DNA of 44,963 nucleotides from Rhodobacter sp. (GTDB taxonomy: Bacteria; Pseudomonadota; Alphaproteobacteria; Rhodobacterales; Rhodobacteraceae): NCBI GenBank assembly GCA_027482795.1, contig JAIXVS010000333.1:1-44963 (forward strand), written 5' to 3'. The translations under genes and the position numbers were made by a program. How positions within the stretch are numbered: the stretch's first letter is position 1; each line of letters opens with the position of its first letter. This document shows, piece after piece, positions 37,624 to 44,963 of this stretch. Under the pieces are notes generated by a model, which worked only from the letters and a program-made list of their open reading frames with translations, ran no database searches and was not told the DNA's origin.

Positions 37624-39813
37624 ATGAACAAAGCCGTCTTTGAACAAGGCGATTTGGTGGCGGTGCTGACAACCGAGCCTTTGGGCCGCACGCTGGACTA
37701 TCGCGCGCCCGAGGGCGGCTGCAGTTTGGGTGATTTTCTGGAAGTGCCCCTTGGCCCGCGCCGTGTTTTGGGCGTGGTGTGGGGCGGCGGCGAGGGGGGG
37801 TATGATGCGGCGAAAATTCGCGCCGCTTATCGCCGCCTAGATGTGCCGCCCATGCGGGACGAATTGCGCGCCTTTTTGGCCCGCGCGGCGGATTACACGC
37901 TAACACCCTTGCCCGCGATGCTGCGCGCGGCCACCCGCGCGCCGCGGTTGGACAGCCCGCCATCGGCGCGCAAAACCTATATCTTGGCGGGGCCTGTGCC
38001 CAACCAGTTGACCGAAGCGCGGTTTAAGGTGATCGAGGCGCTGCGGCGGTTTGGGGCATCGCCCGTGACCTTGGGCGAGTTGGCCGAGGAGGCGGATGTA
38101 TCAACATCTGTCATTCAAGGGCTTGTCAAAATGGGCGTAGTGGCACAAGAGGACGCGCCGCGCGATCTGCCCTATCCACCGCTGCGCAGCCTAGCGCCCG
38201 CAGGGCTGGAGGGCGATCAAGTGGCCGCCGCCGCCGATTTGGTGGCGCGCGTAAAGGCGGGGGCGTTTAGCGCGGTTTTGCTGCAAGGCGTGACAGGGTC
38301 GGGCAAGACCGAAGTGTACCTAGAGGCTGTGGCAGAATGCCTTGCGCGGGGGCGGCAGGCGTTGATTTTGCTGCCCGAAATCGCCCTGACGGCAGATTTT
38401 CTGGCCCGCGTCGAGGCGCGTTTTGGCAACCGCCCCGCCGAATGGCATTCGGGCGTGACCCAAACCGAACGCCGCCGTTTGTGGCGGATGGTGGGGCAGG
38501 GCGATGCGCAAATGGTGGTGGGTGCGCGCTCGGCCCTGTTCCTGCCGTTTCGCGCTTTGGGGCTTATCGTGGTCGATGAGGAACACGATACATCCTACAA
38601 ACAAGAGGAAGGCGTTTTGTATAACGCCCGCGATATGGCGGTGCTGCGCGCATCGATTGTGGGCGCGCCTGTGGTGCTGGCATCGGCCACGCCCTGCCTT
38701 GAATCTTGGGCCAATGCCGAAGGGGGCAAGTATCATAAGCTGGTGCTTTCTGCACGTTTTGGGGCTGCGGAATTGCCCAAAATGGCGGCAATTGATATGC
38801 GCGCCGAAGCCCTTGGCAAGAATGAATGGATCTCGCCAAGCCTTGCGCGCGAGGTGACGGCGCGCATTGATACGGGGCAGCAATCGCTGCTGTTTCTAAA
38901 CCGCCGTGGCTATGCGCCCATCACCCTGTGCCGTGCCTGCGGGCATCAGGTGGAATGCACCCAATGCGATGCGCGCATGGTCGAGCACCGCTTTTTGAAC
39001 CAGTTGCAATGCCATCAATGCGGGGCCACGCGCGATATTCCAACTGCCTGCCCTGCCTGCAAGGCAGCGGGGAAACTGGCGGCAGTTGGCCCAGGGGTGG
39101 AGCGTTTGGCCGAGGAGGTGGCCGCAAAGTTTCCCACCGCGCGCCTTGCCGTGCTGTCTTCAGACCAGTTTGCATCCGCCCGCGCGCTGAAAGAACAGAT
39201 TGTGACAATTGCGGGTGGCGGGGCCGATATCATCATCGGCACGCAGATTGTGGCCAAGGGGCACAACTTTCCCAACCTGACGCTTGTCGGCGTGATTGAC
39301 GCAGACCTTGGCCTGCACGGCAGTGATCTGCGCGCGGCAGAGCGCACGTTCCAATTGATGCGCCAAGTGGCGGGCCGCGCGGGGCGGGCGGAAAAGGCGG
39401 GGGTGGCTTTGCTGCAAACATTTCAGCCCGAACATCCCGTGATCCACGCCATTCTGGGCGGGGATGAAAACGCCTTTTGGGCAGCCGAGGCAGCAGGGCG
39501 CCGCGCGGCGGGAACGCCCCCCTATGGGCGGCTGGCGGGGGTGATTTTGTCATCCACCGACATCAGCGCGTTGATGGAGTTTGCCGCCGATATCGCCCGC
39601 CGCGATGGCCCCTTGCGGGGCATTGGCGCGCAGCTTTACGGGCCCGCCCCCGCCCCTGTGGCCCGCGTTCGTGGCCGCCACCGCGTGCGACTGCTGATTA
39701 AATCGGATAAAACTGTCGCCCTTCAGCCCGCCATTTTGGCTTGGCTGGCGCAGTTCAAGATTCCGAACCACGTGCGCCTGACGGTGGATATCGATCCGCA
39801 AAGTTTCTACTGA
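37624..39813 (+). CDS. priA: Primosomal protein N'
   Basis: [21 protein letters not shown], CxxC clusters, QVAGRAGR and DIDP. Confidence 0.97.
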   Translation: MNKAVFEQGDLVAVLTTEPLGRTLDYRAPEGGCSLGDFLEVPLGPRRVLGVVWGGGEGGYDAAKIRAAYRRLDVPPMRDELRAFLARAADYTLTPLPAMLRAATRAPRLDSPPSARKTYILAGPVPNQLTEARFKVIEALRRFGASPVTLGELAEEADVSTSVIQGLVKMGVVAQEDAPRDLPYPPLRSLAPAGLEGDQVAAAADLVARVKAGAFSAVLLQGVTGSGKTEVYLEAVAECLARGRQALILLPEIALTADFLARVEARFGNRPAEWHSGVTQTERRRLWRMVGQGDAQMVVGARSALFLPFRALGLIVVDEEHDTSYKQEEGVLYNARDMAVLRASIVGAPVVLASATPCLESWANAEGGKYHKLVLSARFGAAELPKMAAIDMRAEALGKNEWISPSLAREVTARIDTGQQSLLFLNRRGYAPITLCRACGHQVECTQCDARMVEHRFLNQLQCHQCGATRDIPTACPACKAAGKLAAVGPGVERLAEEVAAKFPTARLAVLSSDQFASARALKEQIVTIAGGGADIIIGTQIVAKGHNFPNLTLVGVIDADLGLHGSDLRAAERTFQLMRQVAGRAGRAEKAGVALLQTFQPEHPVIHAILGGDENAFWAAEAAGRRAAGTPPYGRLAGVILSSTDISALMEFAADIARRDGPLRGIGAQLYGPAPAPVARVRGRHRVRLLIKSDKTVALQPAILAWLAQFKIPNHVRLTVDIDPQSFY

Positions 39814-39899
39814 TCACGCTTGCGTCACAAACTGCGGCTTTGGTGGAAATGCGCGCGCCTTTGCCCTATATCTGGGCAACCCGTGCAAAGGAGCCTGCA

Positions 39900-40550
39900 A
39901 TGTTTCTGATCAACCGCCGCAAAATGGAAATGGTATCGCCGCAAGACGCCTTGCCTGGCCGCGCCACGCCCCTTCCCACCGCCAAAACCCATTTTGTCAA
40001 TGGCCGCGATCTGCATGGCCCTGTGCCTGCGGGCATGGAAGAGGCGATGTTTGGCATGGGCTGTTTTTGGGGTGTTGAGCGCATTTTTTGGCAGCTGAAC
40101 GGCGTTTACGTCACGATGGTGGGCTATGCTGCGGGCTTTACCCCCAACCCTACCTATCAAGAAACCTGCACGCAGTTGACGGGCCATAACGAGGTGGTGC
40201 GGGTGATTTATGACCCCGCAGTGATCAGTTATGACCAGCTGCTGGCCGTGTTCTGGGAAAACCACGACCCCACCCAAGGGATGCGCCAAGGCAATGATGT
40301 GGGCAGCACCTATCGGTCGGGTATCTATACCTATGACGAGGGGCAGGCAGCCGCCGCCCGCGCCAGCAAAACCGCCTATGAGGCGCGCCTGCGCGCCGCA
40401 GGGTTTCCTGCCATCACGACCGAGATTATCCCTGCACCTGTGTTTTACTACGGCGAGGAATACCACCAGCAATACCTAGCCAAAAATCCAAACGGGTATT
40501 GCGGCATTCAAGGCACAGGCGTGACTTGCCCTATTGGTGTGGGGGTGTAG
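39900..40550 (+). CDS. msrA: Peptide-methionine (S)-S-oxide reductase
   Basis: [32 protein letters not shown]. Confidence 0.97.
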   Translation: MFLINRRKMEMVSPQDALPGRATPLPTAKTHFVNGRDLHGPVPAGMEEAMFGMGCFWGVERIFWQLNGVYVTMVGYAAGFTPNPTYQETCTQLTGHNEVVRVIYDPAVISYDQLLAVFWENHDPTQGMRQGNDVGSTYRSGIYTYDEGQAAAARASKTAYEARLRAAGFPAITTEIIPAPVFYYGEEYHQQYLAKNPNGYCGIQGTGVTCPIGVGV

Positions 40551-40630
40551 CCCCGCTGCACCTGTGATTGCAGCTTGATCGCCCCACCGTCTTCCTTTAG
40601 CAGGGCTAAGGGCAGAACGAGGGCGGGGTT

Positions 40631-41485
40631 ATGGGCAAAGAAAATCTGGATACGCAGGCCATTGGCCTTGATACGGGTCTTGCCCTGTCGCGCTGGCTTA
40701 CGGGAAGCGAGCATTTGCACTATGGACTTTGGACAGGCCTGACCGTTGCTGCTGGCAATGTGGGTGCGGCCCAAGATGCCTATTCGGCGCGGCTGTTTGC
40801 CCATCTGCCCAGCGGAAAGCTGCGCATTTTGGACATTGGCGGCGGCGCGGGCGAGACGGCGAAAAAGCTGATCGCACTGGGCCATAGCGTGGAAATTGTG
40901 GTACCATCGGCATATCTGGCCAGCCGCTGCCGCATCAATGCGCCGCAGGCTGTGGTGCACGAGGCGACCTTTCAGGATGCAAACCCCGTGGGCCCGTTTG
41001 ATCTGTGCCTATTTTCGGAAAGCTTTCAGTATATTCCGCTGGATCAATCGCTGCCCAAGGCGCTGTCGCTGCTGGGCCCAAAGGGCGAGATTTTGATCGG
41101 TGATTGCTTTCGCAGCGCCGCCTATCCCACCCAAGACGGCGGGCGCATTTGCGGGGGCGGGCACCGCATTCAGAAATTTCGCGCGGCTCTGGGCGGCTTG
41201 CCGCTGAAACTGGTTGCCGAAGAAGATATCACGCAGGCCGTTGCCCCATCGATTGACCTAGAGCAAGCCTTTTTCAATGTGCTGGGGCGCGGGCTGCTAT
41301 CGACCAATGCCGAACTGGCCAAGAAGCGTCCGGTGCGGTATTGGCTTATTCACCGCGCGCTGGCGCTGCTGATTCCTGCGCGTAAACGTGCCGCGCTGGC
41401 AGACCGTCTGTTCGCGCAAAACCGCAATTCGGCGCTGTTTATCGCCAATAATACCTATCTGCTGCTGCGCCTTGCCCGCGCCTAA
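40631..41485 (+). CDS. Class I SAM-dependent methyltransferase
   Basis: HLHYGLW, ILDIGGGAG and FDLCLFSESFQY. Confidence 0.85.
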   Translation: MGKENLDTQAIGLDTGLALSRWLTGSEHLHYGLWTGLTVAAGNVGAAQDAYSARLFAHLPSGKLRILDIGGGAGETAKKLIALGHSVEIVVPSAYLASRCRINAPQAVVHEATFQDANPVGPFDLCLFSESFQYIPLDQSLPKALSLLGPKGEILIGDCFRSAAYPTQDGGRICGGGHRIQKFRAALGGLPLKLVAEEDITQAVAPSIDLEQAFFNVLGRGLLSTNAELAKKRPVRYWLIHRALALLIPARKRAALADRLFAQNRNSALFIANNTYLLLRLARA

Positions 41486-41503
41486 TTTTTTAAAGGATAC
41501 CTC

Positions 41504-42376
41504 ATGCTAACCTATACCGCCCTAACCACTTTAGACGGCGGTGATGCTGCCGAGGCATTGGGCGCGGCATTGGAAAAGCTTGACCCAGCCCCCACGGGCG
41601 TGGGCGTGTTTGAAATAGAAGATGGCAGTGATCTTTGGGAAGTGGGGGCATATTTTATGGAGCCGCCCAGCGAAGCCATTCTAGAGGTTTTCGCGCTGGC
41701 CTTTGGGGCCAAGCCCTTTGTCATTTCCGAAGTGCCCGAAATTGATTGGGTCGCCCATGTGCGGCGCGAATTGCCCCCTGTCGAGGCGGGGCGGTTTTTT
41801 GTCTATGGCAGCCATGATGCTGATAAGGTTCCCGCTGGGCGCGTGGCCTTGCAGATCGAGGCGACCGTGGCCTTTGGCACGGGGCATCACGGCACGACAT
41901 TGGGCTGTTTGCGCGCCTTTGATCGGCTGCTGACGGCGGGCGCGTCACCGAAAAACGTGGCCGATATTGGCTGCGGCACGGCGGTGCTGGCGCTGGCCGC
42001 CGCAGCCACATTGCCCGATGCGCGCATTCTGGCATCGGATATTGACCAAGTGGCGGTTGATGTGGCGCAGGCCAATGTTGGCATCAACGCCCTGTCTGGC
42101 CGCATTGCGTGCTATGAGGCGGCAGGCTTTGCCCACCCCGACATCGCCCGTGCTGCGCCCTTTGATCTGGTATTCGCCAATATTCTAAAGGGCCCCTTGC
42201 TGGAGTTGGCCCCCGCCATGGCCGCCCATATTTGCGCGGGCGGGCGGGCGATACTTTCGGGCCTGCTGGTCGTTCAGGCCGAGGCGATTACGGCGGCCTA
42301 TCTTGCCGCTGGCTTTACGCTGGAGGCGCGCGAAGATCTTGGCGAATGGTCGGCGCTGGTGATGCTGCGCAGCTAA
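41504..42376 (+). CDS. prmA: 50S ribosomal protein L11 methyltransferase
   Basis: AFGTGHHGTT, DIGCGTAVL, FANIL, ILSGLL. Confidence 0.93.
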   Translation: MLTYTALTTLDGGDAAEALGAALEKLDPAPTGVGVFEIEDGSDLWEVGAYFMEPPSEAILEVFALAFGAKPFVISEVPEIDWVAHVRRELPPVEAGRFFVYGSHDADKVPAGRVALQIEATVAFGTGHHGTTLGCLRAFDRLLTAGASPKNVADIGCGTAVLALAAAATLPDARILASDIDQVAVDVAQANVGINALSGRIACYEAAGFAHPDIARAAPFDLVFANILKGPLLELAPAMAAHICAGGRAILSGLLVVQAEAITAAYLAAGFTLEAREDLGEWSALVMLRS

Positions 42377-42465
42377 CGGAAGGCGCGATCTGATCAAAGA
42401 TTTGCCATATTTTGCCGCTATGCCAAGGGAATCGCGCAACGATCCCCTTTCGGGCAGAGGCAGAT

Positions 42466-42843
42466 ATGACCCAATCGGTTGACCCAGAATTCGCCCGCCG
42501 TGTGGCGGAATATCAGCATAACTTAAAAAAAGGTATTGTCTTTCAGGCTGACGGTACCCTTGGCGGCAAACGCATACGGCCTGCACGCCGCGCATGGCGT
42601 AGCCAAGTGTTTCGCAATACGTTCAGGCTGGTGATTTTTGCGGTGCTGCTGAAGGCGGTGGTGTTCCACGCTGCCCATATCGTTGGGTTTAATGCCAGCA
42701 GCACTGTGGCGCTGGACAGCCAAACGCTGGTTCAAAAGGCGATGGGCCTTGTGTTCTATCCAGACCCGATATCCACCGAAATCTCGCGCTGGTTGACCGT
42801 TGGGCAGCAGCATTTGGCCATGGAACTGCGCCGCATGTTTTAG
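42466..42843 (+). CDS. Hypothetical small membrane protein
   Basis: GAGG RBS, basic stretch followed by one TM, C-terminal DPIS motif. Confidence 0.6.
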   Translation: MTQSVDPEFARRVAEYQHNLKKGIVFQADGTLGGKRIRPARRAWRSQVFRNTFRLVIFAVLLKAVVFHAAHIVGFNASSTVALDSQTLVQKAMGLVFYPDPISTEISRWLTVGQQHLAMELRRMF

Positions 42844-42881
42844 CGCCGTCTTTGGGCGCTTTCGCGGCGCTGGTTGCACAC

Positions 42882-42912
42882 AAAAAGGCCGCAAGCAGTG
42901 CTTGCGGCCTTT
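42882..42912. terminator. Bidirectional intrinsic terminator
   Basis: AAAGGCCGCAAGC-AGT-GCTTGCGGCCTTT between convergent genes, with a 5-A tract. Confidence 0.85.
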
Positions 42913-42942
42913 GCGTCTGGGCGGGATGTTTACCCCTAGGCC

Positions 42943-43149
42943 TTAGCGGCCAATCATCTCGATATCAGCGCGGCACAGGCCGATATCATCCAATTCGCGG
43001 GACGACAGGGCATAAAGTGCGTTGCGTGTTTTGCGGGCGTTGTTCCATGCCACAAATGCGGCAATGGGTTCAGCCACAAATTGTGCGGCGCGGAACATCG
43101 AAACAGCGCCTAGCGGCGCCACGCGTGTGGTCGTCTCATACGATGCCAT
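42943..43149 (-). CDS. DUF1127 small protein
   Basis: WNNARKTRNALYALSSRELDDIGLCRADI; AAAGGA RBS. Confidence 0.9.
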   Translation of the reverse strand: MASYETTTRVAPLGAVSMFRAAQFVAEPIAAFVAWNNARKTRNALYALSSRELDDIGLCRADIEMIGR

Positions 43150-43408
43150 AACGGTTATCCTTTCAAAGTTTTGCAGCAGTGCTGCGGTGATGGTCAACTA
43201 GTATTGCTGCATGTGCAAAGCAATGGGGCTGCGCGCATGTCAGCATTGCGCCCATTGCATGACCAATGACTTAATTTTGACACTATTTTTTAAGCAGTTT
43301 GCGAAAAATGGGGGGTATATGTCGCTTTTCACTTGCCGCTGGTCGTATGCTGCATGTGCAGCATGATCCGCGCGCCCAGCGGCCCCAAAAATTTCATGCT
43401 TGGCGGAT

Positions 43409-43423
43409 GTTCTCTTTTCGTGC
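43409..43423. promoter_or_regulatory. Alphaproteobacterial LexA (SOS) box upstream of ruvC
   Basis: GTTC-TCTTTTC-GTGC, one mismatch to GTTC-N7-GTTC. Confidence 0.6.
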
Positions 43424-43466
43424 TATTTCGATAAAAAGTGAAATAAGTTTGGGCAAAGGCGGGCAG

Positions 43467-44000
43467 ATGCGGGTTTTGGGAATCGATCCGGGCCTTCGCA
43501 ACCTTGGTTGGGGCGTGATCGATGTGACGGGCGCGCGCCTGACCCATGTCGCAAACGGCATTTGCCACAGCACTGCGGGCGAGGGAGAGGGGGACATGGG
43601 CTTTCGCCTTGCCGATCTGCACAGCCAACTGACCGAAGTGTTTCGCCGTTATGCCCCCGATGCTGCCGCCGTTGAGCATACCTTTGTGAACAAAGACGCC
43701 GTGGCCACGCTGAAACTGGGCCAAGCGCGCGGCGTGGCGCTGCTGGTGCCCGCGCAATTTGGCCTGTCGGTCGGCGAATACGCCCCCAATGCAGTGAAGA
43801 AATGCGTAGTGGGGGTGGGACATGCCGATAAGGGGCAGGTTGAACATATGGTGCGCATTCAGTTGCCGGGGGTGGTAATGGCTGGCCCCGATGCATCTGA
43901 CGCGCTGGCCATTGCCATTTGCCACGCGCATCACATGCAAGCGGCGGGGCGGCTGACGGCGGCCCTGAAAGCGGCAGAATTGCGAAAGGCCGCAGGATGA
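43467..44000 (+). CDS. ruvC: Crossover junction endodeoxyribonuclease
   Basis: [35 protein letters not shown]. Confidence 0.97.
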   Translation: MRVLGIDPGLRNLGWGVIDVTGARLTHVANGICHSTAGEGEGDMGFRLADLHSQLTEVFRRYAPDAAAVEHTFVNKDAVATLKLGQARGVALLVPAQFGLSVGEYAPNAVKKCVVGVGHADKGQVEHMVRIQLPGVVMAGPDASDALAIAICHAHHMQAAGRLTAALKAAELRKAAG

Positions 44001-44689
44001 TTGGCAAAATTTCGGGCCGTTTGGATTGGCGCGGCCCTGACCATGTGCTGATTGATGTGCGCGGCGTGGGTTATATTATTTATGTATCCGACCGCACCCT
44101 TGCTGCGATGCCGCCCGTGGGGCAGGCGGTGGCCCTGTTCACCGAACTTGTCGTGCGCGAAGACCTGCTGCAATTGTTCGGCTTTCCTACGATGATTGAA
44201 AAGGAATGGCACAAGCTGCTGACATCGGTGCAGGGCGTTGGCCCCAAGGCCGCCCTTTCGATGATGGGCGCGCTGGGGGCCGAAGGTGTGGCGCGTGCGA
44301 TCAACCTTGGCGACGCGCGCGCGATACAATCGGCCCAAGGCGTGGGGCCGAAACTGGCGCAGCGCGTGATATTGGAACTGAAATCCAAGGCCCCCAGCCT
44401 GATGGCCTTGGGCAGCACCCTGTCGGGCGAGGCTGCGCCCGATGATGCCGATAGCGTGGTGGAAAACCTTATTCCCATGCCCCGTAAACAGGGCAAGCCC
44501 AGCGCCGATGGCGCCGCCAGCGCGGCCCGCGCCAGCGCGATGGCCGATGCGCTATCGGCGCTGACCAACCTTGGCTATGGCACGGGGGACGCCGCCAGTG
44601 CGCTGGCCACGATCACCGCCGATGCGCCGAACTTAGATACCCAATCCCTGATACGCGCCGCCCTAAAGGCGCTTGCGCCGAAGGGGTAG
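43997..44689 (+). CDS. ruvA: Holliday junction branch migration protein RuvA
   Basis: MIGKISG, GVGY, VRED, two HhH GVGPK motifs, ALTNLGY. Confidence 0.97.
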   Translation: MIGKISGRLDWRGPDHVLIDVRGVGYIIYVSDRTLAAMPPVGQAVALFTELVVREDLLQLFGFPTMIEKEWHKLLTSVQGVGPKAALSMMGALGAEGVARAINLGDARAIQSAQGVGPKLAQRVILELKSKAPSLMALGSTLSGEAAPDDADSVVENLIPMPRKQGKPSADGAASAARASAMADALSALTNLGYGTGDAASALATITADAPNLDTQSLIRAALKALAPKG

Positions 44690-44692
44690 GGG

Positions 44693-44963
44693 ATGGAGTT
44701 TAACGACCTTTTGCGCGGGGCAGGGTACGATCTGCGTGACGTAGCCGTGATGCTGCATCAGCCGTCGGTGGCTGGTCAACGCGGTGCGTTGCTGTCCTTG
44801 GTCGATGACCACCCCGAATTGTTTGAGCTATACCAAGACACACACCCCAAAGGGCCAGAAGCGACGCTTAAGTCGCGCAAATACGCCGCCAGTTTTGTGG
44901 TCAATGACTTTGGCGAGGCGCGTTTTGTGGCCATATATCGTGTGCAAGGATGGGTCTATCAAA
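44693..44963 (+). CDS. N-terminus of a probable GIY-YIG nuclease family protein (runs off the window)
   Basis: Open frame MEFNDLLRGAGYDLRDVAVMLHQP...FELYQDTH...ASFV...ARFVAIYRV. It is not RuvB. It resembles N-terminal domains I associate with GIY-YIG proteins; the catalytic motif is not visible. Confidence 0.5.
   Translation, partial: MEFNDLLRGAGYDLRDVAVMLHQPSVAGQRGALLSLVDDHPELFELYQDTHPKGPEATLKSRKYAASFVVNDFGEARFVAIYRVQGWVYQ

Noticed and set aside
42844-42942. CcsR/cuckoo sRNA repeats downstream of DUF1127
   Set aside because: No CCTCCTCCC loop motifs; only a terminator hairpin is present.
43467-44000. RuvC-domain TnpB/Cas12-like nuclease
   Set aside because: It is a 177-aa canonical resolvase in the ruvC-ruvA operon.

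Overview
GC-rich alphaproteobacterial chromosome segment. Gene content and order point to Rhodobacteraceae/Paracoccaceae (inference). It is almost all core housekeeping: D,D-carboxypeptidase, hemF/hemE, a tesA-ybbA-ybbP-like module, iolG, ycjX/ycjF, truA, cdd-deoA-deoB-upp, a SPOR protein, tdk, a DEAD-box helicase, two glycosyltransferases, ileS, pcs, xerC, fsa, priA, msrA, prmA, DUF1127 and ruvC-ruvA. I see no CRISPR array, prophage, IS transposase, tRNA or rRNA. The notable signals are mostly non-coding. (1) Five copies of a structured intergenic repeat have swapped internal hairpins but a fixed ATTT-N10-GA tail. (2) An AT-rich orphan gene between iolG and ycjF is flanked by 11-bp-phased CGTAT repeats and REP-like hairpins. 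(3) TGTc-N10-gACA (PpsR/CrtJ-type) boxes precede both hemF and hemE, hinting at a phototrophic host. (4) IolR-, CtrA- and LexA-type boxes sit at fitting genes. (5) A probable GIY-YIG nuclease gene follows ruvA where ruvB is expected. (6) Several tandem micro-duplications occur at or near gene ends. The first ~215 nt do not continue the HAD gene and may be an assembly junction. All family assignments are from motif recognition by eye; no searches were run.
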